Translations under genes and position numbers: made by a program
The notes under the pieces: model-generated
The model's input: only the letters and a program-made list of their open reading frames with translations
Told to the model about the DNA's origin: nothing
Databases searched by the model: none
In this document: positions 29,642 through 37,438 of the stretch, in pieces
Numbering within the stretch: position 1 is the stretch's first letter
How the letters are laid out: each line of letters begins with the position of its first letter
DNA from: Candidatus Latescibacterota bacterium
Lineage (GTDB): Bacteria; Latescibacterota; UBA2968; UBA8231
NCBI GenBank assembly: GCA_965243025.1
Contig: CBDETY010000003.1
Coordinates: forward strand, 1,056,001-1,120,000
Reading direction: 5' to 3'
Length of the DNA stretch: 64,000 nt

Positions 29642-30400
29642 TCAGTACCCCAGGCCGCGCAAGTAGTCGCGGTTACGGCGAATGCTCTCCTCCGCTGGCC
29701 GCCGGCCCCCCGGCAGGACCACCACCCACCCCGAGAACCCCAGCTCCCCCTCGAGCGCGGACAGGAACCTGCCGTAGTCGCACAGGGGGCCGTCGTCGAG
29801 GTCGGCCGGCTCCTTCCCCTTCCTTCCGTGCAGGTGGACGTAGGCGATCCTGCCTGCGAACTCCCGCGCCGCCGCGGCCGGATCGCATCCCCACAGCACG
29901 GCGTGCATGACGTCGAGGCAGAGGCGGCAGGTCTTCAGCCGCGGCATGAACCGCCGCCACTCGCCGGCGCTGTCGACGAAGTGGTTCTCGTGCGGGTGCC
30001 AGGTCACCGCGACCCCGAGCCGGTCCCCGTGTTCGGCGAGGTCCTCGTAGACCGCGGCGATGCCGTCGAGCTCGGTGTCCGGGGAAGGGGAGACCTCCCC
30101 GTGCCCGGGACCCTTGGTCATGAACAGCCCGACCCCGAGGTCGGCGGCGTACTCGATGCGGCGCCTGCAGATCTGGTGCGCCGGGTCCGCGGTGGAGCGC
30201 GTCGCGTTGGGCCCGGTCACCGCGGCGATCTCGATGCCGGCGTCGGCGCACAGGCGCAGCAGGCGCCGCGGCGGGCCGAGCAGATCGAGGGGCTCGCGGG
30301 TCTCCCACCCCTCGTAGCCGCTCGGGGCGAGCAGGGCGAGGTTGCGCTCGAGCTCCTCGTGGGGCCAGGTCAGGCTGCTGCAGGCGAAGCGGAGGGTCAT
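29642..30400 (-). CDS. Sugar phosphate isomerase/epimerase (xylose-isomerase-like TIM barrel)
   Basis: GYEGWE, HPH, LCLDVMH, YVHL, GFSGWVV. Confidence 0.8.
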   Translation of the reverse strand: MTLRFACSSLTWPHEELERNLALLAPSGYEGWETREPLDLLGPPRRLLRLCADAGIEIAAVTGPNATRSTADPAHQICRRRIEYAADLGVGLFMTKGPGHGEVSPSPDTELDGIAAVYEDLAEHGDRLGVAVTWHPHENHFVDSAGEWRRFMPRLKTCRLCLDVMHAVLWGCDPAAAAREFAGRIAYVHLHGRKGKEPADLDDGPLCDYGRFLSALEGELGFSGWVVVLPGGRRPAEESIRRNRDYLRGLGY

Positions 30401-30513
30401 CGTTCCCTTTCCGGTTTATGGCGGCGCAGTCGGATGCCCCGGGCGAGTCCGTCGCGGATTCCGCCGCGGCCGGGGAATCGGGGGCCGGCGCCGGAGTTCG
30501 CTTGCAGGCGGCC

Positions 30514-30963
30514 TCAACCGGGCGGCGGCTGGAACAGCTCCATCGGGATGCCGTCCGGGTCCTCGATGTACACCCCCCAGGCCCCCTTGTTGGCGCCGTA
30601 GTCGACTTCGACCGGGGCCGAGCGGACGACCACCCCGCGGGAGCCCAGCTCCTCGCAGGCGGCGTGGATGTCGTCGACGAGGAAGGCGATGTGGGAGCTG
30701 CCCGGGCGGTTGACGGGGGGAACCGCGGGGGCGGCGCGCGGGTGGGCGTACTCGAACAGCTCGAGCACGTGGTCGGATCCGGGAATGCGCAGCTGCGCCG
30801 CCTTCACCACGCAGTCGGGAAAACCGACGATGGCGCGGAAGTAGCTCTCGACGATCTCCCGCTCCCACACCACCTCGCAGCCGAGAAGCCCGCAGTAGAA
30901 CCGCTTGGACCGCGCCAGGTCGGAAACCGTGTACGACGTGTGCGCCGCTCCGGAAACTTTCAC
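30514..30963 (-). CDS. VOC family protein
   Basis: HTSYTVSDL..S..FY, HIAFLVDDI, DPDGIPMEL. Confidence 0.9.
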   Translation of the reverse strand: MKVSGAAHTSYTVSDLARSKRFYCGLLGCEVVWEREIVESYFRAIVGFPDCVVKAAQLRIPGSDHVLELFEYAHPRAAPAVPPVNRPGSSHIAFLVDDIHAACEELGSRGVVVRSAPVEVDYGANKGAWGVYIEDPDGIPMELFQPPPG

Positions 30964-30975
30964 GTCAGTCCTTTC

Positions 30976-31749
30976 TCAGAAGAAGGAGTAGGCGCCCCAG
31001 CCGCCGTCGATCTTCAGGGTCTCGGCGGTGATGAACGAGGCTTCGTCGCTGGCGAGGTAGAGGACGGCGTCGGAGACCTCGCGCTTGGTTCCGAGCCGCC
31101 GCATCGGGGTGCGCCGCTCGTACGCGTCGACCGTGGCGGTGCCCTCGGTCAGCCCTTTTTGGACCATCTCCGTCATCACCACCGCCGGGGCGACGCCGAC
31201 GACGCGCACCCCGCGGTCCGCCCACTCGATCCCGAGGGCTTCGGTCAGGGCGATCAGCCCCGCCTTGGCGGTGCCGTAGGCGACGCGCTGCTCGATCGGG
31301 AAGCAGCCGATGATGGAAGCGACGTTGACGATCACCCCCCGCCCCTGTTGCAGCATGGGGCGGGCCGCCGCCTGGGAGCAGTAGAAGGCCCCGGAGAGCA
31401 TGACGTCGACGCTCTCGCGCCACTGCTCCGGCGGCAGGGTTTCCGCCGGCCCCTTGTGGGCGACCCCGGCGTTGTTGACCCAGACGTCGACACCGCCCCG
31501 CTCGCCGGTCACGGCCTCGACCAGGCCGGCGCTCGAGGCCGGATCGCGCACGTCGAGAGGATGGTAGACGGCCTCGATGCCGTCGCCGCGCAACTGGTCG
31601 GCAACTGCCCGCCCGGCGGCAGCGGCGATTTCGGCGACCACCACGAAGGCCCCGGCCTCGCCGAAGCGGCGGACGATGTCCGAGCCGAGACCGCCGCCTG
31701 CGCCGGTGACCACCACGGTCCTGCCGGAGAAGTCAGGCCCCGCCGTCAT
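30976..31749 (-). CDS. Short-chain dehydrogenase/reductase
   Basis: VTGAGGGLG, NNAG, YGTAK, IDGG. Confidence 0.92.
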   Translation of the reverse strand: MTAGPDFSGRTVVVTGAGGGLGSDIVRRFGEAGAFVVVAEIAAAAGRAVADQLRGDGIEAVYHPLDVRDPASSAGLVEAVTGERGGVDVWVNNAGVAHKGPAETLPPEQWRESVDVMLSGAFYCSQAAARPMLQQGRGVIVNVASIIGCFPIEQRVAYGTAKAGLIALTEALGIEWADRGVRVVGVAPAVVMTEMVQKGLTEGTATVDAYERRTPMRRLGTKREVSDAVLYLASDEASFITAETLKIDGGWGAYSFF

Positions 31750-32530
31750 CTTCGGGAAAGCCGACGGCATCGAGGTTGCCCCAGGGCACCCAGCCGCCGT
31801 CGACCCGCAGGTTTTCCCCGGTGATGTAGGAGGCGCGGTCCGACACCAGGAAGAGGACGGCGCTGGCGACCTCCTCGACCTCGGCGATCCGCCCGAGGGG
31901 GGTGCGGTGGCGGTAGCGGTCCATGGAGGAGGCGCCAGAGGCCATGATCTTTTCGATCATCTCCGTCCGTGTGACCCCGGGGGAGACGCAGTTGAGGCGG
32001 ATGCCGTGCTGCGCCCATTCGCTCGCCAGCACCTCGTTGAGCACGATGACCCCGGCCTTGGCGGCGTTGTAGGCCGCCCGCATCGGCCATCCGCCCATGC
32101 CGCCGATCGAGGCGACGGTGACGACGTTGCCCGACTGCTGCGGGATCATCGCCCGGCCGACCACCTCCTGAGTGGTGAAGAAGACGCCGTTCAGCAGGAC
32201 GTCGATCTGGCGGCGCCAGTCCTCCTCGGGAAACTCCTCGGACCGGTGGGCGGTGAAGATGCCGGCGCTGTTGACGAGGATGTCGATGCGCCCGTGTTCG
32301 TCCAGCACGGCATCGACCAGGGCGGAGCAGGACTCCGGCCGGCTGACGTCGAGCTGTATCGCCCGGGCGCGGTACCCCTCCGCCCGCAGGCCCGCGGCCG
32401 CCTCTTCCCCGCGGTCCGGGACCAGCTCGCCGATGACCACCCGCGCCCCCTCGCCGGCCAGGGCGCGGGCGACTCCGAGTCCTATCCCCTGGCCGGCGCC
32501 GGTGACGACCGCTGTCCGGTCCTCGAGCAT
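31733..32530 (-). CDS. Short-chain dehydrogenase/reductase
   Basis: VTGAGQGIG, NSAG, YNAAK, VDGG. Confidence 0.92.
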   Translation of the reverse strand: MLEDRTAVVTGAGQGIGLGVARALAGEGARVVIGELVPDRGEEAAAGLRAEGYRARAIQLDVSRPESCSALVDAVLDEHGRIDILVNSAGIFTAHRSEEFPEEDWRRQIDVLLNGVFFTTQEVVGRAMIPQQSGNVVTVASIGGMGGWPMRAAYNAAKAGVIVLNEVLASEWAQHGIRLNCVSPGVTRTEMIEKIMASGASSMDRYRHRTPLGRIAEVEEVASAVLFLVSDRASYITGENLRVDGGWVPWGNLDAVGFPEDDGGA

Positions 32531-32540
32531 GACGCGGCGC

Positions 32541-32819
32541 TCAGGGGCCCTTAACGGTCCGGTCTCCGAGGTGTTCCTTCATTCTGGAGATCAGCTCGTC
32601 GTCGTCGGCGCTCGCCAGCACCATCTCCGAGAACTCCTCCGACTTCAGCTCCGCTTCCTCCAGGAAGCGCTGGTCGGCCGGTCACGGGAAGATGTAGTCG
32701 CCGATGCGCCCGGCCTGCCAGGCGCGCGCCTTGTCCGCTATGCGGGCGAGCCAGGGAATGCCGCCGATAACGAGTCCCCGGGCCCGGGGTTTGAAGTCGA
32801 GGTTGTCCGATTCGCTCAT
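32541..32819 (-). CDS. DUF5069-like small protein, probable selenoprotein (in-frame TGA at codon 46)
   Basis: Manual translation: MSESDNLDFKPRARGLVIGGIPWLARIADKARAWQAGRIGDYIFP-U-PADQRFLEEAELKSEEFSEMVLASADDDELISRMKEHLGDRTVKGP*. AGGAG RBS upstream; fills the gap between neighbouring genes; hairpin follows the TGA. Confidence 0.78.
32639..32677 (-). promoter_or_regulatory. Putative bacterial SECIS hairpin
   Basis: After UGA (32684-32682): CCGAC-CAGC-GCUUCC-[UGGA]-GGAAGC-gga-GCUG-aa-GUCGG; the apical loop starts 20 nt after the UGA with G at loop position 2. Confidence 0.7.
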
Positions 32820-32876
32820 GGTTGTTGCTCCTGAATCAGGGGTCGGGTGGGTGAAACAGGCTGTAAATCCGTGAAT

Positions 32877-33926
32877 TCACTTGCTTCCGGCATCGACCCG
32901 GCCGGGTTCCGAATCCCGCATCCTCACAATCCATTCAGGGGAGAGGAGACGGGCGAACTGCCTCCTCAAGCCCGTGGTCATGGTATCGTCCCCGAGGGGG
33001 GCGGCGACCGCGGCGCAGAGCTGGCGCAGCCGCAGGTCCGGCTGCCGCCATGCCTTCAGAAGCGCCCGGTGCGGCTCGTGCCCGGGGCGGTCGAGGGCTC
33101 CGCAGAGCCTGGCCGCGGCGTTCAGGTGGAAGAGGATGTGGTGGCCATCGAGGGCGAACGCCCTGCGGGCCCGGCCACCCGGGGCCGAGCGCGCGTACCG
33201 GCGGGCGGCGGTGCGGTCGAGGAGGCCGGCGAAGCCGCCTTCGGCGCCCGCTCCCAGGCCGGTGGCGTACTGCACCAGCCTCCGCTCCGGCCAGTCCCAG
33301 CCGATCTTGGCGAACTCGATGAAGCTGACGGCGCCGCTGCCGGGGTCGACGACGACGTTGCGGGCGTTGTAGTCGGTGCTGCCGAGGCTCGGCTCCTCAC
33401 CGGCGAGCCGGGAGCAGAGCTCGTCGATCAGTTCCTCGAGCTTCCGGAGAGCCGGCCCGTCCCCCTGCCCGAAGCGGCGCAGAAGTCCGTGCAAGCCGTC
33501 CAGGGCGCCGCCGCGAACCTGGTCGAGGACGGCCGGGAGCCGGTCGCGGGAAGCAGCGGGAGAGACGTGGGGCTCCAGCTCCGGCCGGCAGTCGGCGAAG
33601 GCCTGCTCGAGCCGCAGGAACCCGCTGACGAGCCGCTCCCGCAACCGCTGGCGGCTCTCCGGGCCGGAGCTGCGGGCCGCGTCGTCCAGGGTCTCGTCTC
33701 CCACGTGCTCGAAGAAGATGATGCCCGCCGACGGATCGGAGCCCAGAACCCGGGGCACCGGGCATTTCCGTTCCCCCAGCAGGGCGAGAACCCGCTGTTC
33801 CACGGCGAGCAGGTCGTCGGCCCGGCCCCGGGTGAGGCCGGCGAAGGGCTGGCGCTTGGCGACGGCGCGGCGGCCGCCGTCGAGGTCGAGCCTCCAGACC
33901 CCGGCTGCCAGTTCGGTCGCGGTCAC
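32877..33926 (-). CDS. Aminoglycoside-phosphotransferase/choline-kinase-like protein with atypical motifs
   Basis: AVAK, CPVPRVLG, FEHVGDETL, STDYNARN, FIEF; GTG overlaps the upstream stop. Confidence 0.7.
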   Translation of the reverse strand: MTATELAAGVWRLDLDGGRRAVAKRQPFAGLTRGRADDLLAVEQRVLALLGERKCPVPRVLGSDPSAGIIFFEHVGDETLDDAARSSGPESRQRLRERLVSGFLRLEQAFADCRPELEPHVSPAASRDRLPAVLDQVRGGALDGLHGLLRRFGQGDGPALRKLEELIDELCSRLAGEEPSLGSTDYNARNVVVDPGSGAVSFIEFAKIGWDWPERRLVQYATGLGAGAEGGFAGLLDRTAARRYARSAPGGRARRAFALDGHHILFHLNAAARLCGALDRPGHEPHRALLKAWRQPDLRLRQLCAAVAAPLGDDTMTTGLRRQFARLLSPEWIVRMRDSEPGRVDAGSK

Positions 33927-34300
33927 TCTTCCCCGAACAGGATGATCTGGGAGGAGAGCTTGCCGGCCTGGTTGTTGTGTTCGGGATTCTCGTTCATCGC
34001 CAGGTGGAGCAGTCCGTCGCGGTCGCAGAGGAAGTCGTGGCGGCTGCCGACGGCGAAGGGCGGGCCGTCGTCGCCGACGCGGGCGATCAGCATGCCGACG
34101 TTGGCCCCGGGCAGCAGGTATCCCTCCTCCGCCGGGAGGTTGTACACCCCGTCGGCCCCGCACCAGGCGATCTGGTTGCGCATGTCCGGCGACCAGACCT
34201 CCTCGGTGTCGATGACCACCCGCTGTCCCCGGCGCAGGCGGATCAGGGTATCCTGCCACTCGGGGCTGGGGCGGACGGTGCGGATGACGGTCAGTGCCAT
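33923..34300 (-). CDS. LecA/PA-IL-like lectin-fold small protein
   Basis: WQDT.I.L..GQ.V.I...W, G.LIARVG...PF.VG, G.L.LAMNE...NN.G pattern; no signal peptide. Confidence 0.6.
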   Translation of the reverse strand: MALTVIRTVRPSPEWQDTLIRLRRGQRVVIDTEEVWSPDMRNQIAWCGADGVYNLPAEEGYLLPGANVGMLIARVGDDGPPFAVGSRHDFLCDRDGLLHLAMNENPEHNNQAGKLSSQIILFGEE

Positions 34301-34544
34301 GGTCCTTCCTGCGGGGTTCGGCCGCCTGTGGCGGCGGTGTGAGGAACGTCGATGCTCGCCGGATCCGGGGCATGCCCAAGATAGGCCGGGACCGCCGGGA
34401 GCGTCCATTGCCCACCCCGGCTCCTCCAGGGCCGTCGGCCCTCCACTCCTGTCTGGTTGTCCGGCTCGTCCTGGTCCCCTTCCCGATTGCTCAGTACAGC
34501 CCCGCCATCCGCAGGCCCGGGGACTCGGTACTGGCGCGGAGAGA

Positions 34545-34976
34545 TCAGTGCCGGATCAGGACAAGGGCCTGGAGGCCGCCGGGAACTCGTGAGGGATCGA
34601 TGTGGGAATCCAGAGTGGCGAAACGGCCGCCGCGATGTACGGCCAGGGCCAGCAGGTAGGCGTCGGTAAGCTGCTTCGAAGTGATGCCCTGAAGTGACGG
34701 CAGCGTGCGACTGTCGGCCGCGGAGATGCTGTCCTCCCAGAACAGGTGCCCCGGTACGGAACGCAGGCGCTGGAGCAGAGGCCGGACCTTTTCAGGCGAC
34801 CCGGGCCCTCCCGGGTACCCGGGGTGACCCATGACCCGCAGCAATCCGTTCTCAGTCAGTGGGCAGGTTACCCAGCCTTCAGCCCGGTATGCGCGGAACC
34901 ACTGCGCTGCCGGGCGATGGTGGACGTGATCGGCGTCGCAGAGCGCGACGAGGAGGTTCACGTCCAGCAGGTTCAC
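34545..34976 (-). CDS. vapC: VapC PIN-domain toxin
   Basis: LLDVNLLVAL, TCPLTENG, QLTDAYLLALA...G..ATLD. Confidence 0.92.
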   Translation of the reverse strand: MNLLDVNLLVALCDADHVHHRPAAQWFRAYRAEGWVTCPLTENGLLRVMGHPGYPGGPGSPEKVRPLLQRLRSVPGHLFWEDSISAADSRTLPSLQGITSKQLTDAYLLALAVHRGGRFATLDSHIDPSRVPGGLQALVLIRH

Positions 34977-35212
34977 CCGGTCTCCTCATCCAGAAGCCTC
35001 CCGACGATTTCCGCGGTAACGCGGGCACCCCGGGAAGGAAGGTGGGGCAAACCGTCATCGTCCACCTCGAAGAGGGCCGGCGTTGAAGCGCCGTGGTGAA
35101 CCTCTCGTTCGAGAGCGTGGGTGACTATGGCCTTCAGAGTGGTGCCGCGGCGGGCTGCCATGGCCTTCGCCGCACGCAGGAGGGCATCGGGAAGCTCGAT
35201 GGTCGTCTTCAT
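34973..35212 (-). CDS. vapB: VapB-type RHH antitoxin
   Basis: MKTTIELPDALLR.AK..AA..GTTL..IV..AL; overlaps vapC by 4 nt. Confidence 0.88.
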   Translation of the reverse strand: MKTTIELPDALLRAAKAMAARRGTTLKAIVTHALEREVHHGASTPALFEVDDDGLPHLPSRGARVTAEIVGRLLDEETG

Positions 35213-35247
35213 ATGGGTGATGATATGGTTTTATGGGTCAAGGTCAA
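35213..35247 (-). promoter_or_regulatory. Sigma70-like promoter of vapBC, likely leaderless
   Basis: TTGACC-16 nt-TATCAT ending 7 nt before the ATG; three CCATA direct repeats overlap it. Confidence 0.6.
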
Positions 35248-35373
35248 TGGCAAGTTTCGGAGTCGGTTCCAGGCATCGCAGGAGGGTCTCGCCGGATCAA
35301 CCGGAGGTTCGGCCGTCCTGGAATTGATGCGATTCGGACTGGCGCAGGCAGCGCCCCCGGAACTGCGAAGCTG

Positions 35374-36408
35374 TCAGTCGGAGTCGGTGACGACGTTGTG
35401 CCTGGCCCGGCGCTTCTCCCGCATCGCCGCGTGGGCATCGGGGGAGCCGTCGTGGCTGGTGCCGAACCAGTGGTCGAACGGGAAGTCGGGCTCGCCGTAG
35501 TTGCACTCGAAGTAGCGGTGGTGGAGCTGGTGGAAGTAGGAGCCCGCGGCGACCCCGGCGTCCCCCTTCAGCAGCAGCTTCTCGAAGCCGACGTGGCCCT
35601 GGGCCGGTGTGAAGGCGGCGTGCTGCCCGTTGAGCACCATGTGTATCGGGTGGGACGGCACGACCCAGTGAACGAGCATGCAGCTGAAGTAGAGGACGTG
35701 CTCGAGCGGGTGCATTGCCAGCCCGGACCAGGGGCCGACGTTGATGTTCCTGTGGTGGAGGTAGTGGCCGGCCCTGTAGAGCGGCGGCCAGTGCAGGAGG
35801 CGGTGGACCCAGTAGAAGTGGAAGAGGCGCCAGAGCTGGATGCCGCAGAGCCAGGCGGCGAAGTACAGCGGCTGCTGCCGCGGGTCGACGTAGGGCAGCA
35901 TGCCGTTGGCGTAGGCCCAGGTCATCAGCACCTCGTACGCGGTCCAGACCGTGCAGCCGCTGGCGCAGCTCCAGAAGATGTTGTCGCGGAGCTGGCTCCC
36001 CCCGAGGAACTTGCGCTTTCCCGTCGCCATCCAGTCCGAGGTGTACTTGAAGCGGAGGCCCTGGGATTTCCGGGTCCAAAGCGGCAGGTGCCAGGCGCTG
36101 ACGACGACAATCAGCATCAGCTGGTTGCGCGCGAACATCTCGAGGATCCAGTCGGCCCGGAACTCGACGCAGCGGGAGAGCGCCGGCTGGAAGTGGAGCC
36201 AGGTGAGGGCGGCGATCCCCATGTAGAGGAGGTTCCAGGGGTAGAGGTACCCCGGGAAGCCGAACAGCCACTTGAGCGCCAGGCCCGGTTTCAGCGGCCA
36301 GGAGAACCAGGGATTGGCCGGCGCCGTGCCCCGCTCCGGCTGCCAGAACCCGCGCCCGTCGCGGCGCATGCCGTCGATCGGTTGCCGTTGCCTCGGGGTA
36401 TCCGTCAT
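35374..36408 (-). CDS. Sterol desaturase / fatty acid hydroxylase family protein
   Basis: His boxes HFYWVHRLLH, HYLHH, FHQLHHRYFECNYG; GPWSGLAMHP. Confidence 0.9.
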   Translation of the reverse strand: MTDTPRQRQPIDGMRRDGRGFWQPERGTAPANPWFSWPLKPGLALKWLFGFPGYLYPWNLLYMGIAALTWLHFQPALSRCVEFRADWILEMFARNQLMLIVVVSAWHLPLWTRKSQGLRFKYTSDWMATGKRKFLGGSQLRDNIFWSCASGCTVWTAYEVLMTWAYANGMLPYVDPRQQPLYFAAWLCGIQLWRLFHFYWVHRLLHWPPLYRAGHYLHHRNINVGPWSGLAMHPLEHVLYFSCMLVHWVVPSHPIHMVLNGQHAAFTPAQGHVGFEKLLLKGDAGVAAGSYFHQLHHRYFECNYGEPDFPFDHWFGTSHDGSPDAHAAMREKRRARHNVVTDSD

Positions 36409-36450
36409 CGTCGCTGCCTGTGCCTTTGCGGACGCGGGGAAGGGACGGGG

Positions 36451-37242
36451 TCAGACCTTCTGCAGCGACGCCCAGCGGTCGTAGTAGAGGTGAATGGACT
36501 CGGGCAGGAACTCGCGCGCCCCCGGGTTCAGCATGAAGGCGCACCGGCCCGGCTCCGACTTTTCCTCCTCCTCGTCGAAAACCTGAAAACTGGTGGAGAT
36601 GGTCAGCCTTTCGCGCCCCGGGGTGGCGGCGGAGCGGTGCAGGCAGTCGCCGTTCCAGAAGATCGTCTGCCCCGCCTTGAGGTCGACGACCATGTCTCCT
36701 GGCAGCCTCTCGTGGCGGCTGTCCCGCATCGCCGCGTACTCCTCCCCGGTGCGGAAGCGGCGGTGGCTGCCGGGAATCAGCGAAAGCGCGATGTCGTCGA
36801 CCATCGCCATCTCCCAGCGGCAGCCGCGCCGGGGCTGGCGCAGGTACTCCATCTCCTCTTCTTCGCCGCGGTCCATCACCAGGCCGTCGTCGCGGTGCCA
36901 GCGGATGTTGAACGGCTCGTTCTCCGGATTGGTGAACATCGCCATCGGGCCGATGCGGATACCGGTGCCGATCTGCCCGTGCACGTAGTCGAGCAGGGCC
37001 CGGCAACCGTAGTATTCGGCGAAGACGGGTTCGCCGAACTCCGGGGCGTTCAACCCGACGATGTGGTAGGGCTCCCCGTCGCCGTGGAAATCGGTGTAGA
37101 GGTCGACCTCGCCGGCGCGGACCTTCTGCCTGATTCTCCGCGCCGCGGCGCGCATCTCCCCGGTCATCCCCGGTTCCTGGGCGTCGTCGACGATGAAGTA
37201 CCCGAGCTCGTCGAAATCCTTGAGGTGCTGCTCCGTCAGCAT
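36451..37242 (-). CDS. PhyH family dioxygenase
   Basis: F.ELGY, WHRD, LIPGSHRR, LHRS. Confidence 0.85.
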   Translation of the reverse strand: MLTEQHLKDFDELGYFIVDDAQEPGMTGEMRAAARRIRQKVRAGEVDLYTDFHGDGEPYHIVGLNAPEFGEPVFAEYYGCRALLDYVHGQIGTGIRIGPMAMFTNPENEPFNIRWHRDDGLVMDRGEEEEMEYLRQPRRGCRWEMAMVDDIALSLIPGSHRRFRTGEEYAAMRDSRHERLPGDMVVDLKAGQTIFWNGDCLHRSAATPGRERLTISTSFQVFDEEEEKSEPGRCAFMLNPGAREFLPESIHLYYDRWASLQKV

Positions 37243-37438
37243 CGGTTTCCGAACCCCTCCTGTGTCCGGGGTCAACCGTTCAGGGCGAAGAACAGGCATA
37301 GCATACGGCCTGCCGGGGGGCATGTCGATTGTTCTGTCGTTGGAGGCGGGCGTCCTGTCCGTGTCCCACCGGCTCGCCCCGACCCTTTCATCCGTTCTGT
37401 TCCTGCGGGGCGGGAGCCCACGGACCGGTGGCGGGCTC

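Noticed and set aside
29425-29820. DGR-like template/variable repeat pair at a gene 3' end
   Set aside because: Mismatches are not adenine-specific, they include indels, and no reverse transcriptase is present in the window.
32682-32819. Reading the DUF5069-like gene as a 45-aa peptide or nonsense pseudogene
   Set aside because: The frame stays open and family-like after the TGA, the TGA falls at the expected Cys, and a SECIS-like hairpin follows. Not fully excluded.
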